Numbered from the stretch's first letter, positions 50,258 through 64,000 are shown. The stretch: 64,000 nt of DNA from Amoebidium appalachense (GCA_963693365.1 CAVNZM010000013.1:7998940-8062939), one strand, 5' to 3'. Numbers and translations: made by a program. Notes: generated by a model not told the origin, from the sequence alone.

Positions 50258-52558
50258 CACCCCACAGGCACACTCACCAACCCATCCATCCACCCTCCCA
50301 CCCAACCAATCACCCACCCACAAGTGCACACATGCACACACACGGACACACACACAGACACATACATAAACACGTGCACACACACTCATGCACACACACA
50401 CACACACACACACACAACACACACAGAGACACACACACGGACCGCCTCTCTCTTTCCCTCTATCGTCCCTGCCACCCTTCTTCTCTCTCGATCCCCCCCT
50501 TCCTCATTCCAACGGGGCCCACAACTCGTGATCCACGTAGTGCTCTTGCTGACCCTCTGCATTTCCACACACCGATATCATTTGTGTGCGTGCATACAAC
50601 CCATTGCTCACTTTCCTACCGCATGCTGCATCCCAAGCCCCTCACCACCCACCCTGCCCACGTGCAGAGCCCGTATTCCAACGACTCGCCTCCGATGGAG
50701 ATGGGCCCGATGATAGTCAATGCACTGCAGCACATCTACCCGGCCCCCATCGAGCTGGCCAGGGAGGTGGCCCAAGCCGTCAACGACATCAGCATAGCCC
50801 ACAACACGTGTTCCATGCTAGGTAGCCCACACATAGAACACGTGCTCCTTGCTAGGTAGCCCACACACACAACACGTGCTCCATGCTTGGTAGTCCCCAC
50901 ATAGAACAGGTGCTCCATGCTGAAGCAGCCCACACATAGAACACGTGCTCCATGTTGAAGCAGCCCACACATAGAACACGTGCTCCATGCTTGGTACCCC
51001 ACATTTGCCTGATGGCCCTCTTGGTGCCCCCCCCCCCCCCCCCCCCCCCCAACACACACACACACACACGCCCCCCCCCCCCCCCCCCCCCCCCTTTTGG
51101 ACCCACAACAACCACGAGACAAAGTTCACCTACCCAACAACAAAGCGAGGAACTAGAAAGTGAAGGGAATAGAAAATAGAAGCCAGAAAACATCACACAT
51201 CCCCTTCTCCCCCCTCCCTGTTTGCCCTTTCTGGCCAGCCTGCCAGTAGATGATTCTGTATCAACCAGTCTTTTCTCTGCCTCTTAATTGCTGTTAGTTT
51301 GTGGCAGTTTGTAACCATTCCCGTTGCAGAGAAACAGGCATTGGGCAACCCCGTTCTAGACAATATCTTCAATAGCCTGGGCCTTCTAACTGGTATTCCC
51401 CCCCTCCCCCCCCCCCCCCCCCCCCCCCCACTTCACTCCCCCCTCCTCCCTCCCCGCTCCTCTGCCCCTCTTCCCACCGACCCTTTCTTTCCTTTCTTCG
51501 TCTATTTTCTTTTCCCACTCCTTTCGCGTTTTTCTTCTGATATGCAATGGTTTAAATGTCTATTGCATGTGTATCTATGTGTATGTTTCTGTCTCTCTAT
51601 TGTGTTTTTTGTCTCGGAAAGGGGGGGGGGGGGGGGGGGGGGGGAGGAGGGGGGGGGGGGTCTGCAAACACGTGGTTGCTTAAACCCACCCGACGGTTAG
51701 TATTTTGCATAATTGCAGACCCAACTTCATGTGCTTGCTGGTCATACGGCAGTGTAACCCATGGGGCACATGGTGAGTTTTAAACTGAACTCAAATTCAC
51801 ATGAATCTACCAATTTGCACAGTGAGTCTGTGAGACCTAACATGCGTGCACACCCTAACCTAGGTGCACACTGTGAATCTACGAGACAGGTCCCGTGAGC
51901 ACACGATAATAATTTTGCCACATGCACGAGTGAATCTACTTTACTTAACACACATGAACACAGTGAATCCATCGTGCTTTTCATGCATAAATATTCAATG
52001 TACTAGACCCCGCCCATATGCACAGAGTGAAGTCATCAAGACCCAACTCAGGTGCATATAGTGAATCTATTTAGACCCAACCCGCATGCACACAGTGAGC
52101 CTATTCAGATACAACCCACATGCACACAGTGATTATTTCCAGATCTAAACTGCATGCACACAGAGAGTGTATCCAAATCAAACTCGCATGCACACAGTAG
52201 ATCCAACCCTCGAAACCACTTGCACACAGTGAACCTAAACATTTAATCCACATGCACACAGTGAATCTAAATATCTAACCCACGTGCACACAGTGAATCC
52301 AACCCTCTAACCCGCATAATCATCTAACCCACATGCACGCATTGAATCTAACCCTCTAACCCACATGCACGCATTGAATCCAACCCTCTAACCCACATGC
52401 ACACAGTGAATCTTGCCAGTGCATTTGGTGAGCCCGTGCAGCTTCTTAGGGGCGCCACAAAGAGCATGTCGCTGGCCCAGGATCACTCCGTGCAGCCAGG
52501 CCCTCTGGTATCCATCCCCCCCCCCCCCCCCCTCCCCCCTCCCCCCCCCCCCCCTCGG

Positions 52559-52642
<84 letters not shown>

Positions 52643-52772
52643 ACCATCACCACCACCACCACCACCACCCTTCCGCCCCCATTCCCCCATGGTGCTTGCC
52701 TAGTCATAAGAGCGCGCATATTCAATTTCTAGGTTTTCTGTTGTTTGTTCATCAATATTTATCATCGACACC

Positions 52773-52813
<41 letters not shown>

Positions 52814-52821
52814 AGACACAG

Positions 52822-52855
<34 letters not shown>

Positions 52856-53790
52856 ACACACACTCACTCACTCACTCACTCACTCACTCACTCACTCACT
52901 CACTCACTCACTCACACTCACTCACTCACTCACTCACTCACTCACTCACTCACACACTAACACACACTCACACACACTCACACACACTGTATAACCAACC
53001 AGCTCAGGATGCTAACTCCGAATCCCATCACCTATTTCCACAGAATAACCGCATATTTGGGGAGCAATCAGTCGGACTGGACACCAACACCAATTTCTTG
53101 GCTGATGATTCTGGAGGTGTTGGGTGTTCCCGCCCAGCCTTTACCAAGCCACCCCTCCAGTCACAGAAGTCGGGGCAAAGCCTTGCTGCCACACTCTCAA
53201 GCAGCAGTTTGAGTGGCTTTTCAAATTCGTCGTTCGGAAACCAAGACACCAGGCTGGGCCTGTACGGCACAAATGCCGACATGGGCATGCAACAAGCGAA
53301 ACCACAAAACATGCACGGATTCCAAAACAATATTGGCGCGGGGGTGGGGTTTTGGGGGCAGGGGAACAACATGTACCCGAATAGGCCCGGTTTGCGACCC
53401 ATCACTCCGAGCTTGCCCCATATGCAGGGTGGGGGGTCCAGGGACTCCCCATCACAAAACACTTTGCCAGCCGATGCAATCTCGCCTGCCAGCACCCTTT
53501 CGTCCAATCAAACACCGACAATTAATCACTCAGATTCTCTAAGGAGATCAGACAGCACCCACGGAGCCCAACCTAAAACACACAGCGGCAGTCTAAGTGG
53601 CAGCCAAACAAAGCCACAAACGAGAAATGACGAGTCAGACGGCTCACAGGTCGTGTCGAAGGACAAGACCCCTGTGGATGGTTCTGAATCGCTGAGTGCT
53701 GAGCGCAAGAGGTCTAATGTGGGTAGTGGCAGTGATGGGGGGGATGCCATCAGGTACGACTCACCCGTGGTGGCTTCAAGCGAGGACCAG

Positions 53791-53824
<34 letters not shown>

Positions 53825-55066
53825 CTAACACTCACACACACACACACATACACACACACACATGCGCGCGTGTACACACGCACACATGCACACGTGTACA
53901 CACGCGCGTGCGCGCACACACACACAGACACACGCGCGCGCGCGCGCGCGCGCATGCACATGCACACACACACACACACACCGCACGCACACATGTATGC
54001 ATGCATGCACATAAGTTGTCACTTTTTGTACTGAGCAGAGAGGGGCACACGGTGTAGAGTGACAGTGCGGGGACAGGGAGAAAGGCAGTGTGCAATCTTT
54101 GACTGGAGGGGGGACTGTAAGGCAGCTACAGAGAACTAACGGGGGGGAAGGGGGGGGGGGGGGGGGGGGGGGATGTTCTGACAAGTTGCGACGGAAGAGA
54201 AACAAGATGGAAAACTGGACAAGAGTTTCTTGCAGAGGATCCCATTGTGGTTGTTTTGTTCCGTCAGCCTTGCCGTGGTGTGTGCTTTGCTGTTTTGTTG
54301 TTGCTTTGTGCCCAGGTGTGTTGACTGCCAACTCTTGAATCCCCTTTATATTGGCTCTCCATCCCCAACCAGCTCGACTTCATTTACTGCGCTTTTTTCA
54401 TGCCTTTTTTGAACCTTAACATCTTTGCATCTTTCAACTCAGATGCCCCCCCTCCCCCCCCCCCCTCCTCGCCCCTTCCTTGCTTTTTTTTTGTTTCTAA
54501 GTACACACACACGCACACACCTTGCATGGGTGTGTGTGTATTGGGGGGGGGGGGGGGGGGGGGGGGAGCGATGCGTGGCCCCTTAATGTACAAAACGATG
54601 TAGGGCGAATACTGCTGCAGTGGAGATCTTTTGTGCTCAATAGGTGGATTCTAGTTAGATTCTAACATGCATAAGTGTTCTGGCCCAAAAACACACGTTC
54701 CCCTCCTCAACCCTGGCACTCACTAACCATCCATCACGGTGTGCCCTACAGGATGCCAAGAAGAAACGGAAAAGGGTATGTCTGCTAGGTGTATGTCCGC
54801 GCGGGCTGCATATGCAATTCTATGTGTGGTTATGCATTGACTTGCATGTACAACTGAACGAAAAGACTTACTGCATGTATGTATGCAAAGCACCCAGGGA
54901 TGCCTCCGTGTTCATGCACACAAACAACCCATGCACGAACAGTATTTGTTTTTGCATTTCCATATGCACGCTATTAGGTGCAAGACCCACGGACTCTTAA
55001 TCCCCTCCCCCCTTTCCCAATCTCCCCAACAAATCCCCTCACCTTACCCCCGAACAGACAGACAAA

Positions 55067-55123
<57 letters not shown>

Positions 55124-55923
55124 GACATAGGCGTGTCAAATCTGAACACGGCTTGTCCCCCACCTCCACCCCTTGTTTGCAATGCATAGTATGGCAATGT
55201 CATGCTGCAAACGGACAGGTAATCAAAAAAAGGTCCGATCACACATGTTTAGCAAAATTAAGGGCATTGGCAAAACACATGCTCTTACACAAGCATGTGG
55301 GTGGCATAGCTTCAGCCCTTTTTTATCTTTTTATGTCATATCCATTTACATACGAATCTAGCCCAAATAATAAACCGACCATTTACATATACTTATTCCA
55401 TTTTTGCTTGCCACTGCCCAGTCTGACGCCAACCGGCCCATGTCGACCAACCACCGTGCACGGTTTCCCAGCCACAAGATGATCGAGCAGCGCAGCAGAG
55501 AGAAGCTCAAGTCCCGCATCTACGAACTGTGCCTGTCCATCCCCAGCCTGAAGGAGGTGCGTAGGGACATATTCAAGAGGGGGAGGGGGGGGGGGGGGAG
55601 TAGATTTGTTATTGGGGGGGGGGGGAGTAGATTTGGTATTGGGGGGGGGAGTAGATTTGTTATTGGGGGGGGGGAGTAGATTTGTTATTGGGGGGGAGTA
55701 GATTTGTTATTGGGGGGGGGGGTAGATTTGTTATTGGGGGGGAGTAGATTTGTTATGGGGGGGGGAGTAGATTTGTTATTGGGGGGTTAGTAGATTTGTT
55801 ATTGGGGGGGGGGGGTAGATTTGTTATTGGGGGGGGGAGTAGATTTGTTATTGGGGGGGGGAGTAGATTTGTTATTGGGGGGGGAGTAGATTTGTTATTG
55901 GGGGGGGGGAGTAGATTTGTTAT

Positions 55924-55959
<36 letters not shown>

Positions 55960-56933
55960 GGGAGGGAAGGGTTTCGTGAAACCTATGTGGATTGGACCAC
56001 ATGGACTTTGCTTTTAGATTCGTTGGTAGCAACCAAGACCACGGTAAGGCAAGCATCGGCTGTGTAGTTGACACATTGTGGGTGTGGCACAAGCAAATGT
56101 GTGATGTAGGGTCAGTAAGGGGCATATGTATCGGGATCGGTGGGTGGGGCTGTGGCATGTGTTGCACTTTCAAGAGACAGTCTTTGCCTTAGTGGCATTT
56201 GCAATTGGTGTTTGTGCTCTTTTCTTCGTTCTCTTTTTCCCCCTTTTCCCCCTACCCTTTTGCATATATGTGTGCGCGTGCATGCCTGCACTCCTGCACG
56301 CAATAATTTGGGGGAGGGGGGGGAGGGGAGGGGAAGGGGGGGGGAGGAGGGTTCTAGCTTTATCATTGACACCCAACCTTCCACAGGCGAAAAACCCCAC
56401 CAAGGCCACGATTATCCAGAAGGCAAAGGAGTTTGTGGAGAGTGTCAACGAGACCCAGGACGCACTGATCCGCCAGAACATGGTGGGTGTGGGGCTGTGG
56501 CCACATATAGTGTATCTCTGCCTGTCACGGTGTCTGTCTTGCCCCCCCCCCTCCCCCTCCCCCCCCCCTCCCCCCCCCCCCCCCCCATCCCCACCCCCTT
56601 CCCCACTCCCACCCCCTGGGCGTGAGTGTGTACATAGCGCTCTGTTACCAATATTTACTCCCCCCCCCCCCCCCCCCCCGTCAATTATTCTGTCCCTCAA
56701 CCTCACCATATCTCCTTCTTCGCCTCAAACTAAGTGCGTACACCATCACCAGCATGGATCCCCTTTCTTGACACCCGTTTGCCCTGAACATAAATGCAAG
56801 CATACACCCGCCCAGCACGCACGCGCACACGCACACACACACACACACACATACACAAGGATACACGCACATGTACGCACACATACAAACACGCCCGCAC
56901 ACACACACAAGCGCAGACGCGCGCGCGCGCGCG

Positions 56934-56994
<61 letters not shown>

Positions 56995-57611
56995 CCAAAG
57001 ACGAGCGCCTACAGCAGCTAGAACGAGAAAAAGCGGCGTTGCGACAGGAGAAGGAAGAACTCATGCGACAGGTGGGGACGGCTGCAGTCAGCACGGTAGA
57101 GGTGACGGATGCAAACAACAGATACATCTTTGTGGACCACATGTGGGAGATCATCATGGGGTACGTGTGTGTGTGTGCTTGCATGCCCTGTCTGCGTGTG
57201 GCTGCAAATGTGTGAGCAATGAGAGACCAGGGATGTCATATCACTATATTGAGGAGACGTGGATTTTTGGTAGCAATACGGGTTTCGTTGGCTGCTTACC
57301 TCTTTTCTCTGTACCCCTAGCCCATATCCCCCTCCCCCCTCCCCCCTCCCCCCTCCCTCCCTCCTCCCCCCCGAATAGCGCACACACCACACCACTCTTG
57401 CTCACATTCATGCATGGGTGAATCTCGCTACTTGCACCTTAATATGCCACACGAACACCCACACCCAAACACATTGGTGTCCCTAGGCACACGCACGGCC
57501 TCAACCCTATTCCATTCACTGCATTATGACAGCCCTACCACACCCCCCTGCTTCGAGCAAACTACCACCACTGGACTTACCCTTTTCTTTTCCCTCCTTC
57601 GTCGTCGTCTT

Positions 57612-57648
<37 letters not shown>

Positions 57649-57797
57649 AGCTACACACGGCAAGAGGTTGTTGGACAGAAAACACACGACACAGTGCTTT
57701 GTGTATCGTGCCCGTTTATGCGCATCCGATCTGAGGAGATTAATTACCGACTAAACCGAGGTGGGTGGTACATGCTGTTACAAGGCACATGCGTGGG

Positions 57798-57829
<32 letters not shown>

Positions 57830-58851
57830 AGATGAAATTACGGCATGGTTGTCTGAGACGGACAGTTCAACCTACCTTCCATATACCCCAGTTACTGTAG
57901 GCAATTAGTTAATTTAGTTTAAATTAGTTGTCACTCGTGGCCAGCATACATATTATGCTTGTGTCCATCTTCGTAGTTAGGTTACGCATACATACATGAC
58001 CTCTCGGTGTGTTTATGTACAGGACCTGCTGGTTTTGGAAGAGCAGAAAGGCAAAGTGAACCTTTCTGGCACCGGAGATTTGTGTGGCATCCAGTTTCCT
58101 TTTTCAAAGGTTCAATAGAGGGACTACTAACACGTAATCACAGGTCAAGACTGGTCAGGGGTGATTTTGGGCGTGCGAAAGGACGGTCGATCGTTTGCCT
58201 GTCAGGTGTGTGTGTAACTCCCTTACTCCCTTCACTCCACACACACACCATCCGCAACCAGATATCCGCATTCGCAAGCAGCTAAGGTGGCTGGACAACA
58301 GGGAATACACACACATGAAGATTGAATGCACGTCAATTTATATGATATCCTTCTCTCCCCCCCCCCCCCCCCCTCCCCCCCCCCCCCAATTCCCCCCCTA
58401 CATCACCCACATGAAACCACCATTACCATCCGTACCTCAAAGGCCGCCCGCACACAGCCCCATCTTTCTGATCCGGGGTTGGCAACAAATTAAAGTGGAA
58501 GACATTGTGAGGTACTGGAGCATTGGAGGGGAGGGGGGGAGGGGGGAGGGGGGGGGAGGGGGGGAGGGGGGGAGGGGGGGGGGGGGGGTAGTTAGGAGAA
58601 AGCACAAGCTCACACACTGATATGGGTGGGTAACAGGCATCAATCTCATCTGTAGTAGTAAACGGGCAGGTGGTGCAGTATGTCACCACACGCAAGGTGG
58701 GTTCTTGCTTGCTTTATTGCTGGTCATAGGGTGGATGTTGGGCTGGTTGGTGATGGGTAAAGTGCTAGTTTGGTTGGGTGGGTGCACGCAGGGGGGTCGG
58801 ATCGGGGTAGTGGTCACGGTGTATGTTGTGTGTGTGTGTGTGTGTGTGTGT

Positions 58852-58893
<42 letters not shown>

Positions 58894-59335
58894 TAATATA
58901 ACCGATGTCCCTTGGGTTAAAGGCAAAAAGGATTGCGTCACATCACGAGTCTATATTAGGGTGAGGCTCTGGATGGAGAGGGTGGGCTGTGCATCTTTGT
59001 GTGTGTGTGTGTGTGTGCCTGTGTGCGTGTGCCTGTGTGCCTGCCTGTGTGCGTGTGTGTGGGTATAGGTGTGTGCATGCACACTTGAGCATGTACTCGT
59101 TCATGTGAATTAGGGTTTTGTGTGAACGTTTGTGTTTAAAAGCTCGTGGGTGTGTGGCGCAGACATGGGCCTGCGCAGTCAGTGTGTGCTTGTGTGTGTG
59201 CATTCAAGGAGATATATATATGTCGTCGAATAGAGGGGATGCACATTCTACTTGAGTGCGAATTATCGTGGGAGGAAAGTGGGTGTATGAGAAAATGGTT
59301 TGTTTTTTTTTTTGTTTGTTTTTTTTGTTTTTGTT

Positions 59336-59367
<32 letters not shown>

Positions 59368-59702
59368 GGGGGGGGGGGGGTGGGGGAGGGGGAGAGGGGG
59401 GGGGGGGGGGGGGAGGGGGGATGGGGGGGGGGGGGGGGGAGGGAGATGGGGGGGGGGGGGGGGGGGGGGAATGAGTGCTGGGTGTTGGGTGTTGAGTGCA
59501 GGTGTGTTTGTGTTTGAAGGGGGGATGGGGGTAATACGTGTAGGTTCTATATTGTGATGACGGTTCTAATCTCGGGTGGAATATACAGAATTTCCACATG
59601 CTATCGAACGAAGAGACCGCCATCATGTGTGAGAGTGGGCCGGCAGGTTTTTCATCGGCATCGACAGTGAACTTGCGAAACACCCTCATGATGGGCCCGT
59701 AA
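47803..59702 (+). CDS. 13-exon transcription factor, 673 aa: DCX/KHA-like domain, disordered linker, NLS, bHLH-ZIP, PAS/PAC
   Basis: GT-AG exons 47803-47919, 48677-48838, 50668-50807, 52420-52507, 53044-53790, 54752-54775, 55422-55556, 56387-56482, 56994-57160, 57651-57760, 58144-58205, 58637-58696 and 59589-59702 have compatible phases and total 2022 nt ending in TAA. Motifs: [37 protein letters not shown], a leucine heptad, [30 protein letters not shown], and [18 protein letters not shown]. The exon 3-4 junction is the least certain. Confidence 0.8.
50795..51002. repeat. ~34-bp intronic minisatellite, ~6 copies, each with CACGTG/CAGGTG
   Basis: Repeated agcccacacatagaacacgtgctccatgct. Confidence 0.85.
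51810..52412. repeat. Degenerate ~30-bp intronic minisatellite
   Basis: Repeated aacccacatgcacacagtgaatc. Confidence 0.8.
55590..55930. repeat. ~21-bp G-rich intronic minisatellite, ~15 copies
   Basis: Repeated (G)n-agtagatttgttatt in the intron that splits the bHLH domain. Confidence 0.9.
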
Positions 59703-59744
59703 CTTACCTACGAACACCCCCCTCCCCCCCCCCCCCCCCCCTCT

Positions 59745-59801
<57 letters not shown>

Positions 59802-61768
59802 CACGCACGCACGCGTACACGCACGCACGCACGCACAAAGGCACAGAACACATGCATACATGGTTTGTTCTCTCCACATTCCCTCTACACTGTTCTTCTC
59901 AGCAACGCGTCACTTCTCATAAATATACATAACTATATTTGCCTATATTGCATACCCACCCGCTATGCTTTGGATCACACAGAGCATGCATAGCTCTGTA
60001 ATGGCAGTGGTATGTGTGAGCTCCCCAACCGTCTTAGATTCATGTCGCCCACGGTCTTTGCAAGACGCACACACGCGCGCGAATATTCTGATCATACACG
60101 TCACCTCTGATTGTGTGTAGTGTTTGTTGCTTGATGTTAGTTGGCGTAACCGATTGTTTGCAGGTATTTAGCAGCAGTGATTACATGTTAGTTCAAAGAA
60201 GTAGAATCTTGAAATTATGAGTGTCTCTAGTGAACGCGTGAATATAGTTATGATATGGTTATGTATGGTATTTGCCTATGGTAAAATGGCCTATGCAGTG
60301 ATCAGGTATGTATAGTAAGTGTATCATTGGCGTGTTCTACACACTGTGGTACGAAATGTATGGTTTTGTAGAGAAGATGTTGGCAAATATTTTTGTCAAA
60401 GAGTTAGAACATGTGTTATGCGTTTGCGAAGATAATGAATATGAATTGCGCAGAGTGGGATATGACTGTATTAGCGCCAATGTGCTGGTTTCACAACCAC
60501 AATTAGCAGTGAATGTCTAGAAGTTATGTAGTGGTTGTTCCTGTAATGGTATGCTGCAGCAAGGTGAGAAGGTGGTGAATAAAAGACACGAAGGCGTATG
60601 CGTGTGGATATTCTTCGTGGGTATATCAAGGCTTCGTATTGCTTTGATCTGTTTGTCATCTCTATATATATTAAATCATTAATAGTGAAGTGTATTCTGT
60701 ACGTGTTTGCAATATTCCTACTTTTTTTATTGGTTTATAATAGTATTTGATATTTTGGTATGTATAATATATGAAGAAGCAAGATATCTATCCCTTGACC
60801 AAGATATAAGAAACACACAAACCTCATCGCCGTGTCACGTACAGTGACCATAATTTTATGAAACTTAAAAAAAAGTAGGATTATTATGTAGACGGATGGT
60901 ACTTCATCATAGAAAGTAAATGAAAGTTGGGCTGCATTGCATAGAACAAAACTTGAGGTAGCATACTATTATCCAGCATAAAGTCGAGAGAGGTAATATG
61001 AAATGAGGAATATCCAAACAATTTGGATGGCTTTTATGCCGCGGCCAATCATCAATTGTTTTTCAGTATATTGTGAGATACAGAAGTGATATACCACAAT
61101 GCTGTAATGTTTACGTACATGTAGCAGAAAAACAGCACTGATATATAGTCGCTTTGTGCTAATTAACCCCGAGCCGTTCGCCCGGAGGCCAAAATCGACC
61201 AGCTTTGAAAAATAGAGGGAAAAAATCATTAAAGGCGGCCAAAGTGGACAAAAATATTAATGCACCAAGCACATGTACACATGTCTTTCTTTGTGTCCCA
61301 TAAAAAAAAACGGCGTGTTCCTATGTGTCCGCACGTGTTATGAACACGTGATTTGTGTCGATTTTGCCAACCGGTACTGCGGCGGAGTTTCTTTCAAGAG
61401 AGTTAAAGTTTACGGTGAAAGGGGGCCCTACGTAATAATACTTCGCTTGATTCATCAAGCTCTATTTAGAGATGTATTTAGGCCAACTGATTGGTTGGAA
61501 TAGTGTTCCAACAATCAGTGGCCTCTAGGATGGCACAAGTAAGGGTATCTGATGTAAGACTATCGTGACACTCTATATTGGAGCCGACTATGGTATATAG
61601 GCGGCGACTTGTTCTACTCGTCTTAGCTTTGTTTCCCCGTCGGCCCCTACTTAGCCCCACCCACCCGCCCGAGCTGTGTTGCATTTCCCCGTCTTTAGCT
61701 AGTCTCTTGCTGATTGGCTACGGCACACACACACACACAGACGCACACCCACACATGCACACATACAT

Positions 61769-61910
<142 letters not shown>

Positions 61911-63317
61911 ACACAAACACACGCCCACGCATTGAGGGTAGTGGAGGGGGAGGATAGGGTAGAGGGGTTTTCTTCGCGCGGCGTGTTTCAATGATTTGGG
62001 TTTTGTTCGTAGAGAGGCAGTACTATTGACATGCCATGGTATGTGTACGTTTCTGATGATTGTGCCCGGGGGCACGGCCATCGATCTAGGGTGTTTCTAG
62101 ATGGCCGTGGCCCGGGGGGCACTTGGCTGAGACGTATAGCCAATAAGCAAATCGAAAGCAACAACATACTATCAGTAAATATGAATCCCCGTAAAGATTC
62201 ATGCACTTATCAGCCGATCGATTCCAGGGTTGGAATGCGCGAATCCCGGGTATCCTCTTGCCGCCCGCCAGCCTTCGAAAATTGGGGGGCCGCTCGATGA
62301 AAATATACACACAGTTAGGCAAAACACCCACAAGAAACAGAAAAACATAATCGACTTCAGTGTTTTTTGGGTTTTTCGAAAGTAGAAAATATATACTAAG
62401 TTAAGCAGAAATTCAGGGAATCCTTGCGTCATGACTATTACGCATCAGGCGCTATTTATTTTCGAAGGTCGCTGATGCATTTATTTTTAAAAATGATTTT
62501 TTTTTATAATGACTTTATTGATATGTTCAGCAAAATAGAAGCCATCGAGATATCACCGATATGAAAATGATGCAAAAATGCATCGGCGAACGGCTAGGTG
62601 TTAAATATTATCATAATACACGTTCCATAGCTTTGTGAAGAAGGATGGTTTTTAGCAGCATCTCCATCCAATAGTGGACTAATCAACCTGAGAAAGAAAA
62701 CTTGTTCTGGCTGTACATGTACCTCTCTGCTTTATGCATTAGTCTTTTTGTGAAAACGTGGATGTCAAAGCTGTTGATAATAGTTATCTGGTTCAAGAGA
62801 TATTCTGATATATCTCGCTCCTTCTTATCTTTTAAAGAATTCCAAAACACGCTCTGGGGGGATTAGTGTGGCTCATGGCTAAGCCAATAATATGCATTTA
62901 ACTTTTGATTTGTCCAATCATATTGAGCTTAGGCTTAGGCCCGCGAGCACGGGTGAATTCCTTCTTTTTTTTTGTGAATTCCTCTTTTTTCTTTGAATTC
63001 GCGAGTTTGACCTTGGCCTTGCAAGCGCATGCTTATGCCACCTTTTTGTTGGGAACATCCATGTTAACTCTTATGCCACCTTTTTGTTGGGAACATCCAT
63101 GTTAACTCATGAGTACTCGTACTGTGTAGCACAAATACGCAGCGACCGTCACTGCAACCACTTTGTGTCTGTATATAGTGTGTTCACAGGCATAGGCCCC
63201 TCTGGTTACCTCAGCCACTTTTGCCATGCAGCAAAAGCGCCTAAAATCGACCTCTTAAGTGCTAGGTTTGACTCGAAACACGGCATTGAAAGCCACGAGG
63301 GCCCTTAGACCGTGAAC

Positions 63318-63898
63318 ATGATGCAAAGGGGTATATCGCTTGGCAATGAGGTTTCCAGTCAAGAAAGCTCTGCCAGCCAGGTAAGTGGTTCGAGGCATGC
63401 ACGAAGTCTTCCTGTGTGGTTGCTACGTACCCAACATGCTTTTTCTCTACTCAATCGAAATGTCTCTCTTTTGGAGTTTACAAGAGCTTGAATTCTCGTG
63501 GCAACTTTCTGATGATTCTTCTGCTTCCTCTTCCCTGTCCTTAAACCCCAAAGTCTCCTCTCCTCTCTTGAAGTCCCCCCCCCCCACCCCCCCCCCCCCC
63601 CACCCCCTCCCCCCTTCTCTCCCTCCCCGTCGCCATCCCCACACGTCCCCCTTTCCTGCCCCCTGACTCCCTCTCCCCCCCAGCACGTATCCACCACCAG
63701 TCTTGCAGCAGACGTCGCAGCCGTCCCCACAGACAGTGGGGCAGACACCCCCAGCAGTGACAAGCCCACCTCACGCAAGATGTCTACTGCAATCAAGAGC
63801 ACCGTGCTCCTGCTCCCCCAGACGGCCGCCAGCGTGCTGCCGCACCTGTCTGCACAGTCCAGAAAGCGGTCTGCCTCATCGCCTGTAATGGCCGACAA
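63318..63898 (+). CDS. 5' exons of an unidentified spliced gene running off the window
   Basis: Exon 63318-63380 (MMQRGISLGNEVSSQESSASQ|gtaagt) joins in phase to 63684-63898 (HVSTTSLAAD...SRKRSASSPVMAD|gtatgc). Ser/Thr-rich, no domain recognised. Confidence 0.55.
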
Positions 63899-64000
63899 GT
63901 ATGCAATCTGACACCCCCTTCTCCTGTGGCATTCTGTTTGCTCTGTGGCTTCTTTTAGCTAACATGGTCCTGTAAATTTAGATATTAACAGCTTTCCCCC

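Noticed and set aside
51308-51772. Possible extra exons ([10 protein letters not shown]..., DPTSCACW...)
   Set aside because: Splice-like signals exist, but I could not join them in phase to the downstream exons; left out pending RNA data.
58023-58143. Alternative exon after the acceptor at 58022
   Set aside because: Using it puts the PAC motif out of frame. The acceptor at 58143 has a CTAAC branch point and gives GQDWSG..RKDG.
63031-63109. 40-bp tandem duplication upstream of the last gene
   Set aside because: Simple two-copy duplication with no further structure.

Overview
Intron-rich, repeat-rich eukaryotic DNA with (CA)n, poly-C/G and (TA)n tracts; most long ORFs in the track are microsatellite artefacts. 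Positions 1-47 kb are a nested transposon stack that can be resolved by TIRs and target-site duplications (TSDs). It includes solo LTRs, LINE fragments, and a 12.4-kb TA-flanked TIR element (6721-19159) that splits an LTR-like repeat and carries a ~183-bp satellite. A pogo/Fot1-like element (20170-43049) has its transposase split by a 14.75-kb TA-flanked TIR element (20776-35525) carrying spliced cargo genes, one 2OG-Fe(II)-oxygenase-like; its second ORF is split by an RT-deleted Copia. A PIF/Harbinger derivative follows. Positions 47.8-59.7 kb hold a 13-exon host gene that I assembled by hand (673 aa) with an unusual architecture: DCX/KHA-like ubiquitin-fold domain, disordered linker, NLS, group-B bHLH-leucine zipper, and a single PDE8/bacterial-type PAS-PAC domain. 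Another spliced gene starts at about 63.3 kb. All domain calls are by-eye motif recognition, not database searches.
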